Assembly: GCA_964016885.1 (NCBI GenBank)
Contig: OZ024742.1
Span: 310,186,001 to 310,250,000, forward strand
Reading direction: 5' to 3'
DNA: 64,000 nucleotides
Source of the DNA: Eledone cirrhosa
Lineage: Eukaryota
In this document: positions 42,862-56,309 of the stretch, piece by piece
Layout: each line of letters begins with the position of its first letter
How positions within the stretch are numbered: the first letter of the stretch is position 1
Notes under the pieces: generated by a model
What the model was told of the DNA's origin: nothing
Database searches by the model: none
Seen by the model: the letters and a program-made list of their open reading frames with translations, nothing else
Translations under genes and position numbers: made by a program

Positions 42862-44776
42862 CAGTCCTTTTTTCATTTAATGACCGTGAGAGTGACCTTT
42901 TCACGGGTCGGTCATTAAAAAAAATAATGACTAACTAATATAGTCTGTTATTAGCGGCCTTCATTTTTTTTTGGGGGGGGGGGTTCCCAGCAAGTTTTCA
43001 CGCGGTTGACCAACAATTATCAGCGCGCGGTTTTCATTTTTCAGAAAATATCTTTCAAGGCCCTCAAATATGCCAATGTGTCCGCATATCCAATTGTGCC
43101 CTTGGGCGGATCTGTGATGCAAGACTCTTCTAGTTCTTCACATTCCATCGTATACTCATTGAGATTTTTCAAAAAATCATCATCAATATCCTCTCATCCT
43201 CAGTTGGGAAGTAGTTTAATTCAGCTTCTTCTACTAGTGTTTCTTCTAGTGTGTATTTTCTATTATCATTTTGAAATTCCGGTTTTCTCACGGAGGACTC
43301 CTCGTTTTCATTCTTATCAATGGAGCAGCGCCAGTTATCAAACGCTTTCGTGAAACAGTTTTTTTATTGTTTCTTTTATCACTGCACCCCACTATTCGAT
43401 GCACAGTGGCAGAGAATCGACTATTTTGTACTCTTTTAATTGAATTTCATAGGATTTTTCTAAATTATCTTCCCCCATGCTTAAATTTCTTATGAGGATT
43501 TTTTGTACTTTGATTTGAATGATCCAATGATTCCTTGATCAAGAGGTTGTATTTTTGATGTTGTGTGTGCAGGGAGATAGTAAAGTTCAACATTTGAAAA
43601 TTCTTTGTCGATACAGTGTACAGTTGCGTTGTCCAAAAGCAACAGAATTGTTGTATTGGAACTAATCATTCGATCATTTAATCCCTCCAACCAATCTAGA
43701 AAAATTGTAGTTGTCATCCAGGCCTTTTTACTGAATGTGTATTCTACGTTCATGGTGTCGAAATTAAGGTCCTTGAAAACCCGTGGGCACTTGTACTTTC
43801 CTATAATCAGAGGTTTTAGTTTTTCACCCAACATGCTAGTGCAGAACAGAATGGTGAATCTTTCTTTAGAAAACTTTCCGCTTGCCTTGTCCTCGTCACT
43901 GAGAATTAGTGTTCTGGTTGGGGGCACTTAAAAAACAGGCCCGTTTCATCACAGTTGAACACGTCTTCTGGCCGGTATTTTTTGTAAATTTCTTCGAATT
44001 TGTTCCAAGTTTCTCTCAATGATGGGGTCCACCAATCCTTCTCCAGATATTAAACCGGATTTGATCCCGTATTTTGATTTGAAGCGTGTGATCCACGTAG
44101 AAGAAGCCTTGAAATCGTGTACACCCAATTTTTTTGTTTATTTTAATCACCATTATTGCCAAAAGGTCCTTGGTCATTGTGTGATTTGCCTTTCTTTTCT
44201 TTTGAACCCTCTCATATAAAATTTTGTAGACATCATCGCCTTTTTTGCCCTTGAGAATGTTTTTTCATGCATTCGATTCATCGTTTTGGGTCAAATATTT
44301 TTCTTTGTTTTTCATAATTGTGTTTATGGTCCCCTTTGGCATGCCAAATTTTGTTGCAAGTTGGTTCTGGGTAACACTGGAGTTTGCCAATTTGTAATCA
44401 ATGACCTTCTTTTTCTGATCAATAGTAAACGTCTTTCGCTTTTTCTTGATGTTACTTGTTCTTGGGTACATGGTGTAATATTGTTTTGGCTTAGGAAACA
44501 CGACAAGTAACACACAAGTTAAATATACGTGCAGCCACGTTTAGCTACTTTATTAAGACTCTCTAGAACGCTCAAACAGCTCACTCTGTGAGCGACCAGA
44601 CAAGGGGAGGTAACTCTGGTTCAAACCATGACACATGGGTATGTTCATTGCAATTTTTGTAAAAAAACGTGGTCATTAAAAAAATAGTCATTAACTCCGA
44701 TCGCCTAGAATTAAATTGCTGGAAATCCGATTTATCGGTCATTAAATAAAAAAGTCATTAAATAAAAAAACGACTG
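42862..44776 (-). mobile_element. pogo/Tigger DNA transposon (1915 bp)
   Basis: About 23-bp TIRs CAGTC(C/G)TTTTTT.ATTTAATGAC, TA on both sides. Confidence 0.88.
43490..44471 (-). pseudogene. Tigger/CENP-B-like DDE transposase, frameshifted
   Basis: KRKTFTIDQKKKVI HTH; NCDETGLF; LLLLDNATVH; LPAHTTSKIQPLDQGII. Confidence 0.9.
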
Positions 44777-45116
44777 TACACACACACATACACACACACA
44801 TATATATATATGTTTATATATATACTGTAGAGATACATATGCATATATATATACTGTAGCGATATATATGCATATATAGACTGTAGAGATATATATGCAT
44901 ATATATATATATCTATTTTATCCTGAGTTCAGTTTTTTTCGTCGCTTTGGTCACTGCGGCCCGCCTATCGGTCGCTGTCTTCAATTTGCAAAGCTATCTA
45001 AACGTAATGTTATAACTCTAGGGTAATATACCCTATTGAGTGTGCTTAGCTGTACACCCCGATTGCATTCGTTAGCTTGGCTGCAACCAGAGCTTCGATG
45101 ATGCTGTACTAAATTT

Positions 45117-45168
<52 letters not shown>

Positions 45169-45245
45169 TATACGGTTCAGAAATATCTCTTTCTTGGAGC
45201 TATTTTGTTGTAAGAGACTATTTTGAGTGGCTAACTCAATATATA

Positions 45246-45301
<56 letters not shown>

Positions 45302-45330
45302 TACATATACTGTAGATATATATATATAAA

Positions 45331-46520
<1,190 letters not shown>

Positions 46521-46651
46521 ATTTATCTTGACTCTGTTTTCCTGTGATTTTCATCGAAAAAATTTTTGAATACATCTCTTTTCATGATATTTGGATTACA
46601 TTGAGTTCTTCATACGGATTGGACACTACCGTATATTTTGGTAGATTTATC

Positions 46652-46753
<102 letters not shown>

Positions 46754-46777
46754 TGTATATATATGTATATATATATA

Positions 46778-46837
<60 letters not shown>

Positions 46838-47111
46838 TATGTGTGTGTGTGTGAGTGTATACTGTAGAGATATATATGTATATATATATACTGTATATAT
46901 ACACATACATATATATATATATACCAACATCAGGTGTATGCATTCATATACACACATGTGTGTGTGTTTTGTGTATGTGTGCTTATGTTTGTGCTTATGT
47001 GTGAGTTCAGATTTAATGTATGTCAATATAAACAAAGCGAGCAGAAATTTACGTCAGTAATGGAATGTTTACAAATATCTATAAAGTAAAACATCATAAC
47101 ATAGTCTAAGT

Positions 47112-47128
47112 GCTATCTGACTATCTAT

Positions 47129-47206
<78 letters not shown>

Positions 47207-47217
47207 GCCTATCTGTT
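47112..47217. repeat. (TATC)n microsatellite hosting the LINE array; resumes at 54526-54659
   Basis: Direct sequence. Confidence 0.95.
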
Positions 47218-47233
47218 TATCTATATTTGTTTA

Positions 47234-47488
47234 GGCCTTCTCTGTATATAAACCTGTAGGTTGAAGAAGAGAGCAAAGGGAAGAAAGGAGCACTTGCACA
47301 ACACGCTCCTGAAGTTGAGGGTTATTTTATCGACGGGGTTTTAAACAACCCATTTGTGCCCCCCCCCCCCCCCGTATTGGGGATTTCGATTGCTAAATTT
47401 GTTTGTTTCATATTTTGTACACGATTGTATGTAAAATCCCCGGCATATGTACTTGTATTGACCCTTTTCTTGTGCTAATAAAGAAATA
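47234..47488 (+). mobile_element. L1/Tx1-type LINE copy A (3' end only, old)
   Basis: GGCCTTCTCTGTATATAAACCTGTAGG...AATAAAGAAA; degenerate TSD 47218-33/47489-504 (14/16). Confidence 0.8.
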
Positions 47489-47527
47489 TATCTATATCTG
47501 TTCATCTATCTATCTATTTCTCTTTTC

Positions 47528-49802
47528 CCGATCTCCTCGAGGCGGTCTACTGCAACTGGCAACAGAACGGGAGAATTCCCTGTACTGTGACCAAGGGCGT
47601 AGTCACGCTAGTGAGGAAGGACGAGAACAAGGGGGACGAAATAAGTAACTTCAGGCCCATAACTCTGCTAAATACAGAGTTACAGATTTTGGCCAAGGTG
47701 CTTGCAAAGAGGTTGGCGCTTGTCGTGGGCAACCTGGTGGGAGATGCGCAGACATGTGCTATCCCGTCCAGGTCCATCCATGACAACCTCCACCTCATGC
47801 GATACATCATAGAGAGGGTTGGGAACGAACCCGGCTTTGGTGGGGCTCTGATCAACTTGGATCAATCTAAGGCGTTCGATAGGGTCGACCATGGTTACCT
47901 GGATGCGGTGCTAGCGGCGGCAGGCTTCGGACCCGTTTTCAGGGGCTGGATCACTGCTATGCACAGCAGCCGCATCTGCTCTAGGGTCAAGGTGAACGGC
48001 TACCTCTCGGAGCCGTTCAAAATCGCGCGGTCCATCCGACAAGGGTGCCCTCTCTGCTCCCTTCTGTATGTGTTGACTCTCGAGCCACTACTGCGGAAGT
48101 TGGAGTTGTTGCAGGGCATCCCTTTGGAACCGGGATTGCGGAAAGCGGTGTCGGCCTACGCCGATGACATGACAGTAATGGTGTCGACGGCCTCCGAAAT
48201 CGGGGCGGTCGGCACCTTACTGGAGGAGTACGAAAGGTTCACAGGGGCTAAGCTGAACCGGGACAAGTCGATCGCTTTGCAACTCGGCACGTGGATGTGC
48301 AGACCGATGCCCTCCGATGGCGTCGTCGGACGCTGGACGGAGGGCCCGGTGAAGTTGCTCGGGGTCTGGTTCGGACCAGACCTCCAGGTGGAGAAGAACT
48401 GGGCGGAGGTTACGAACAGGGTGTTTGCACTGACCCAGAAGTGGGCCAGTTGCAAACTATCCGTGAAAGGGCGGAGGTGGCGAACACCTATATAGCGTCC
48501 GTCATCTACTACCGCCTGACCGTAGTGCCTTGCTCAAGGGAAACCCTCGCCAAGATGGAGCGCGCGCTCTTCCAATTCCTTTGGAAGAGGCGGGCTCCCT
48601 TGGTGAGGAGATCCATCTGCTGTCAACACCCTTCGAAAGGAGGGCTGGGGATGCCGTGGCTAATGATGCGTAAACACGCACTAAGGCTACGGCACTTCCA
48701 CGTATTCCTCAACGGTCAACCGGTGTGGGCCTCGTTTGTGAGACGAACCTTTCCCAGACTCGTCTTACTCACCGAGCTGCAATCCTGGGTCAAGCAAAGA
48801 CCGAGAAAACTGGGCGCCTGGCACACTGAGTGTGCCCAGGCGCTCACCACCCTCTGGCAGGCGGATCCGGTTATCAGTGGAGACTCCACCGCAACATTCT
48901 ATAGAGGGCTGGTACGCAGCAGGTGCGACGACGCCCTCGGAGAAGCCCTAGACATGGAGGAGGACGAACTGGCCAGCCTGTTCGGTAGGACATTCAGCCC
49001 GGGACCTATGGACAACTTCCAGAAGTCCCTGGCCTGGCAGTGCTACCGAGGGGCTCTGCCCGTTCGAGAAAAGCTCTACAGACACGGGCACCCGGGTAGG
49101 GATCCCGCCAAAAAGATCTGTCCCAGATGCGTGTGCGACGAGGAAACCGTTGCACACGCATTGATACACTGCTCGGGCGTAGCCGATCTGTGGGGGTAAG
49201 GCGAAGAACTGCTGTCATGGGTGGGACCGATCCGGTTGACCACCGAGTCTATTGTAATGATCAAGACGCCCCCCCCCCCCCTTCAAAGATGAAGGAGAGG
49301 CCGTGTTTTTGTGCGTAATAGCCATGGTGAAAGAAGTTGTATGGTGGACGCGTCTGAAAGGACTGAGGTCAGGCACCTTTCTCTCTGGCCAACAACTGGT
49401 CCGTTTCTTCCGATATAATTTCGGAAGAAGGATCAGGATAGAGAGAGAGGTGCTCTACCCCAGTCGTTTTTATGAAAGATGGGTGAAAGTGGCGAGAATG
49501 GCCCGTGTGAATGGGCCTTCTCTTTACATAAGCCTGTAGGTGGAAAAGAGGAAGGAACGAGGGAGCACCCCCTCTCTGTGCTCCTGAGGAGAAGGGTTGC
49601 ACACTTTTTTCGGGGGTGTGTGCGACCCCCCAAGGCGCCTCCTCTCTATTGAGGATTTTGTTATAAATTTTATTTTTTGTTATATTTTATTTTATTTTTA
49701 TATTTTGTTATTGCCTCCTCCTTATTGAGGACGCCTTTTTGTGTAAACTCCCCCCATTGTAAACTCCCACTTTTGATGCCCTGGTGGCAAATAAAAGAAA
49801 CA
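47528..49802 (+). mobile_element. L1/Tx1-type LINE copy B (5'-truncated: RT plus C-terminal zinc finger)
   Basis: NFRPITLLN, LDQSKAFDRV, RQGCPL, AYADD, CPRC-x8-HALIHC; perfect 21-bp TSD 47507-27/49803-23. Confidence 0.92.
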
Positions 49803-49984
49803 TATCTATCTATTTCTCTTTTCATTGGAAATTGCATGAACTGAATCTACATTCTTACACCATTTTGTAGATAAGCTGCCCCCCTACACTTTGTAGGTGG
49901 TAGCAACCCCAAATAATAAGTCCATCAGGGCGAAAAACGGAGAAATTCCACAAAATTTCTACCGGAATTTTGAATATAGTCAAA

Positions 49985-51862
49985 ATGGCCAAATTCTTTG
50001 ACCTCATCTTCACAAAAAACACAGAGAATTGTGGTGATGGGCTGTTAATCTCACCTTCCACAGTGCTAGTGTCAGGTGAAAGCTGCCTGCCTGCTGCTAT
50101 CACCAACAACAACAACAACAGTAATAACAACAGCAACAAAAACAACAACATCATCAAATCTGTCAGCCAACAATTAGACAGAGGTGGTGGAGGGACGGTA
50201 AAACTGTTAAGCCAAGAAGCAGCTCGCACCGCCTCACTGAAACACTTCGATATGTTTAAAGCACACCCTGACAACAACACCAGCACCACCAACACGAAAA
50301 CTGTGAATGGCACAAACCAAAACAACGCCATCAACAACAACAGTGACAACGAGAACAAGAAGAACAACAACGACAACAAAACCACAACCAACAACAACAA
50401 CACCACCAACAACGGAAAAAACGAAAACATCAACAATAAGAACAATAATAACAACAACAAGACCAATAACTGCAACAAGGAAGTAAACGACAAAATATCA
50501 TTTGTGCAAACCGTAAAGAAAACGGCAAGCTACACTCCGGTAGATATTTCAAATGCAAATGAGCTTTTGAATAACGCCAGACAATATGTAACTTTTGGGG
50601 AGAACGGATCATTCTCCATAAACTCTCCCCCAGATTTGCGAAGAGAAGCTGCCTTGAAAACTGTGATTTTCAGGACAATCTCAAACAAAACACAAAAACC
50701 GACTCAACTTTCACAAGGCGAAATTGAGTTGGCTTTAAAAAATGCCTTAAAAGACATTGCTTTTATTCAGAAGGGTAGACTCTACGGGAGTTTATCCATT
50801 CTAATGAAAGACCAATTGACGGCACATAAATATTCTGTGTCGCCAATTGTGTCACCGCTGTTCATCTTTTTCCCCACTTACATGGAGAAAAGGACACAGA
50901 AAATAAAAATCCAAAGTATCACACCAAATATTGACATTTGGTGGGTACTATGTGGATTTTTAAACCACGAAACAGACTATATAATATCGGTAGGTAAGTC
51001 CTCCGGTGACCTGTTCAGCGGAACTAGTCTGGAAGTTCTGGTCCAAATGACACCAGAACGAATAGCTAGGATCCCGGAACGTGTGTTGCTGGATGGGCTT
51101 ATATACATAAACATTTCGGTCGAGGGTAGGCGGCCCTCATGTTACCACTGCTCAAGCAGGGTTCACCTGAGAGCTTCCTGTCCTCGGCTAACTAGCCAAA
51201 AAAAGGCACTACTGCCAACACCTGCAACACCAGCACAACAATCACCACCACCACCACCACCACCACCACCACAACAACAACAAAAAAAATAGTTGCAACA
51301 AAACAAACGACAAAAACAGTCCCAACTAAAACAACTCCAGAAACACCCACACACTTAACAGCTCCCCAAAACGTACACTTCCCCAACAACACGGATGAGG
51401 CCTCATCATCGTCACCCAGTGACGATGAGGGAGAGCCTTTCCGACCAGTAAAAAGAAAAAAGAAAAGACATAACACAGACAAAAATGCAACAAACACACA
51501 AACACCAACACAAGCGACGCAAACAGCACAAACAAAAACACCCCCTCTTGAAAACAAAACACCTACTACAAAACGTACACAAAACTTTTACACACTCTTC
51601 GGAGAATCCTAATCTTAAAAAGATTAGGACCTCCATGGACACACATAAACAGTTAAAAGAAAAATTTCCTAACGACGTAGGTAACCCCTGCGTCAAACCC
51701 TACAATCGAGTCCTGTTAAAATGTTTCCCCACCCCACCCCATACCACCAGACACCCCCTCCCCACCCCTCCAGAGACCACGACTCCACCGAACAACCCCT
51801 CCACTCCAACACCCCCATGGAAATTGTGCAGCCTGGTCCCCAGGAGACGAAGAGGTGAGTGA
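49985..51862 (+). pseudogene. LINE ORF1 (Asn-rich N-terminus, CCHC knuckle, Pro/Thr-rich tail), frameshifted after 51290
   Basis: C-YH-C-SSRV-H-LRAS-C at 51140-51181; open 49985-51292, then shifts at homopolymer runs. Confidence 0.85.
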
Positions 51863-51898
51863 TTTCTTTTCCTCTTCTGTTAACTTTTCAGCACCAAC

Positions 51899-54293
51899 AT
51901 GGCCAATATAAGAGTTGGATGTGTGAATGTACGCGGCCTGGGGATGCCCTGGAAACAGGGCAAACTCTTAAACGACCTCAGGTCGTACAGCATTGATGTA
52001 GTAGTCATTTGCGAGTCCAGGATCCACAGCGAGCGACAACTGGCCCCCATTTTCGACGACTTTGAGATCTACGCAACTCTCTGTCAGCCGGGAGGTGGGG
52101 GTGGGGTTGCCGTTTTGCTGCGGAAACACCTGGACCTCGTAACACAGACGGTACATCTGGACCCGGAGGGTCGACTGGTGGTCTTAAACGTTGACTGTAG
52201 TGAAGGTGGAGCCTTCAGGCTGGTGGCCGCATATGCCCCATCCGGGACACCGCGGCCAGACTTCTTCAAACGTCTAGAGACTTTTCTGGGAACGTCCCGC
52301 TCCCTGCTGTTAATGGGAGTCTGGAATGGAATCCTAGATGCACGTTGGGACTATGTGGGAGCATGTCCCGATAGAGGGGGGTGTAACAGCCTCAAACAGT
52401 TAATCGGCCGATTTGACCTGGCCGATAGATATCGACTAGATTTTCCGACTGTTCCACTGTGGACGTGGACTAATCTTAGCGGAACATCTAGATCGTACCT
52501 AGATAGGGTTCTAGTTAGAAAGAAGGATAGGGACATGTTAAGCTGTCCACAAATGTTCATGGTTGCCTATTCAGATCACAAATTAGTGACCTGCTTAGTC
52601 AACCTTGACACAAATCAAAGACAGGGACGCGGCTACTGGAAGCTGAACTTGTCGTTACCGACATGCAAAGCCTACAGTAGACGGATTAGCACTTTAGTTA
52701 AGCAGCATTTGACGGGGGCCATTGTCAACATCAGATGGTGGTACTCTCTCAAGAGGGCAGTTAGATTAGACTCGATAGGTCGAAAAGGAACTGGTAGATA
52801 AAGTAGAAGAGGCACTTAGGAGTGGCAACGTAGCCAGCGTGCTAGCGACAAGAACGGCCTTGGACCAGATCTTTGACGCAAAGCATGAAGGCTGCGTTGT
52901 CAGAAGCAAAATACGTGCTCTGGGAAACGAAGGAACCAAAGCTGTTAGCTGGGCCCGAGTGACGGAGGCGAAAAGTGGCAACAAGTCCACGATTCGGTCT
53001 TTGAAGGACGCGTTATGCGTGAGCCGAAGCAAATGTGCGCAGCATTTCAGCAGCACTTTGCTCAACTGTTCGGGCAGGGCGGCGTCCCGGGAGGGGCTAT
53101 GGATTTCGGTTCATACCTCGACGGCCTACCGCGACTCTCGGACAGCGAGACGAAGTTCTGCGAAAGGCCGAATTCGGCCGCTGAGATAGGAGTCGCGCTG
53201 AGCCAATGCGGCAAACGAAAATCTCCAGGTCGTTCCATATCACGCGATCCATCCGACAGGGATGCCCTCTCTCCTCCCTTCTGTACGTACTGACTCTCGA
53301 GCCACTACTGGGGAAGTTGGAGCTATTGCAGGGCATCCCTTTGGAACCGGACAGTAATGGTATCGAGCATCTCGCAAATCGGAGAGATCGGTACCTTAGT
53401 GGAGGAATACGAAAGGTTCACAGGAGCGAAGCTGAACCGGGACAAATCCGTCGGTTTGCAACTCGGAACGTGGAGAGGCAAACCCATGCCTTCCGATGAC
53501 GTCGTCCGACGCTGGACGGAAGGACCGGTAAAGCTGCTCGGGGTCTGGTTTGGTCCGGACTTCCAGGTGGAGAAGAACTGGAACGAGGTGACGGCCAAGG
53601 TGTTTGCGCTCACCCAGAAGTGGGCCGAGTGCAAACTATCCTCCACTTCGACATTCTATAGAGGGTTGGTTCGCAGCAAGTGCGACGACACGCTCGGAGA
53701 AACTCTAGGCGTAGAGGAGGACGAACTGGCCAGTCTGTTCGGTAGGACCTTCCGCCCGGGACCAATGGACAACTTCCAAAAGTCCCTGTCCTGGCAGTGC
53801 TACTGAGGAGCTCTACCAGTTCGAGACAAGCTTTTCAGACACGAGCGCCCGGGTAGGGACCCGTCGAAAAAAGATCTGTATGAGATGCATGCGCGACGAG
53901 GAAACCGTCGCGCACGCATTTGTACACTGCCCGGGCGTTACCGATCTGTGGGGCTATGTAGAACGACTATTATCGCGGGTGGGACCTATCCAGTTGACCA
54001 CCGAGTCCATTGTCATGATCAAACCGCCACCCTCCTTCAAAAACGAGGGATAGGCGGTTTTCCTATGTGTTATGGCTATGGTGAAAGAGGTTATATGGTG
54101 GACGAGGTTAAAAGGGCTGAGGTCAGACACCTTTCTCTCCGGCGAGCAACTGATTCGTTTTTTCAAATATCATTTTGGAAGAAGAATCAGGATGGAGAGA
54201 GAGGTGATGTACCCCAGCAAATTTTATGAAAGGTGGGTGAATGTGGCAAAGATGGCCCGAGTGGTTGGGCCTTCTCTCTATATAAGCCTGTAG
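51899..54293 (+). pseudogene. LINE ORF2: open APE endonuclease domain followed by deleted and disrupted RT
   Basis: NVRGL, ESR, YAPS, WTW, SYLDRVL, SDHKLV, GYWKLN; GDxN reads GVWN; YADD segment missing at ~53350. Confidence 0.9.
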
Positions 54294-54659
54294 GTTGAGG
54301 AAAAAGAGGAAGAGAGGAAGGGAGTACTCACTCTTGGTGCTCCTGGAGATGAGGGTTGTACATTTTTTCGGGGTGTGTACAGCCCCTGTGTAACGCCTCC
54401 CCCGTATTGGGGATATCAATTGTTATTTGTTATTTTATTAATAGTTTTATTTTCATATACCTGTATGTAAACTCCCCATTTGTATTTGTCCCCTTCTTTT
54501 GTGCCCTTGTGGCTAATAAAGAAATTTATCTATCTATCTATCTATCTGCCTGTCTATCTGTCTGTCTATCTACCTATCTGTCTGTCTAGCTGTCTGTCTA
54601 CCTATCTGTCTATATATCTGTCTATCTATTTAACTATTTATCTATCTGTATGTCCGTCT

Positions 54660-55741
54660 GGGGATGCCGTGGCTGCTGATGCGTAAACACGCATTAAGGC
54701 TACTGCACCTCCAGGTGTTCCTCACCTGTCAACCGGTGTGGGCCCCGTTTGTGAGATGAACCTTTCCGAGACTCATCTCACTCACCGAGCTGCAATCCTG
54801 GGTCAAGCAAAGACCGAGAAAACTGGGCGCCTGGCACACCGAGTGTGCCCAGGCGCTCACGGCTCTCTGGCAGGCGGACCCCGCTATCGGTGGAGACTCC
54901 ACCTCGACATTCTATAGAGGGCTGGTGCGCAGCAGGTGCGACGACGCCCTCGGAGAAGCCCTAGACATGGAGGAAGACGAACTGGCCAGCCTGTTCGGTA
55001 GGATATTTAGCCCGGGACCTATGGACAACTGGCAGTGCTACCGAGGGGCTCTTCCCGTTCGAGAAAAGCTCTACAGACACGGGCGCCTGGGTAGGGACCC
55101 CTCGAAAAAGATCTGTCCCAGATGCGTGCGCGACGAGGAAACCGTCGCGCATGCATTGGTACGCTGCACGGGCGTTGCCGATCCGTGGGGCTATGTCGAA
55201 CGACTGCTGTCACGGGTGGAACCTATCCGGTTGACTACTGAGTCCATTATAACGATCAAAAATGAAGGAGAGGCGGTGTTTCTGTGCGTAATAGCCATGG
55301 TGAAAGAGGTTGTATGGTGGACGCGTTTGAAAGGGCTGAGGTCGCGCACCTTTCTCTCCGGCCAACAACTGGTCCTTTTCTTCCGATATCATTTCGGAAG
55401 ATGGATCAGGATGGAGAGAGAGGTGCTCCACCCCAGCCAGTTTTATGAAAGGTGGGTGAAAGTGGTGAGAATGGCCCGTGTGAATGGGCCTTCTCTCTAT
55501 ATCAGCCTGTAGGTGAAAAAGATGGAAGAACAAAGGAGCACCCTCTCTCTGTGCTCCTGAGGAGAATGGTTGCACACTTTTTATTTGGGTTGGGGGGGGG
55601 GGACTCCCCAAAACGCCTCCTCCCTATTGAGGACTTTATTGTTAATTTTATATTTGTTATTTGTTTTTTACTCGTTCTTTTGTGTAAACTTCCCCCTTGT
55701 ATTTGTCCCCTTCTTTTGTGCCCTCCTGGCAATAAATAGAA
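54660..55741 (+). mobile_element. L1/Tx1-type LINE copy D (5'-truncated)
   Basis: Colinear with copy B from ~48647; perfect 20-bp TSD ATCTATCTGTATGTCCGTCT 54640-59/55742-61. Confidence 0.92.
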
Positions 55742-56237
55742 ATCTATCTGTATGTCCGTCTTTTCTTCGGTTTGTCTATCTATTTATATTAAAACATGTA
55801 CATGTAGATTTCTGTCTGACAAGTATTCCGGTTGAGTTGATCAAAGGAACAGCCTCCCCGTAAAATTAATGTGCAAGTGGTTGAACATTCCATAGACACG
55901 TGTACACTTAACGTAGTTCTCGGGAAGATCTAGGTACGATTCATTTTTTGTATTGTATTGCTCAAAGATATAACTCCCTGTAGTGATTTGTACTCAAAAC
56001 CTTATGATCATGAGCCGCATGCCATATGCCTTCATGCTAAAACGTCCATTGTAGTGCAGAAATGATTAGAAATATTTCTGAAAAAAAAACGCACAAATAG
56101 TGACATAACTCAATAACGAAACATGTAAAACTGTATAATTAAATAATATTTCTAATAACGCCTTGTATGTTTTTCCTACCACAATATATATATATATATA
56201 TATTGGCAATATTGGCAACATGACCACCCCCAAATAT

Positions 56238-56309
<72 letters not shown>

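Larger units (their letters stand above)
49814..54524 (+). mobile_element. L1/Tx1-type LINE copy C (5'UTR-ORF1-ORF2-3'UTR, internally deleted in RT)
   Basis: ORF1 with CCHC, APE endonuclease, RT remnants, same 3'UTR as the other copies. Confidence 0.92.

Noticed and set aside
49584-49590. CTGAGGA in the LINE 3'UTR as a hammerhead core
   Set aside because: Not conserved in copies A and C, and no downstream GAAA/UH.
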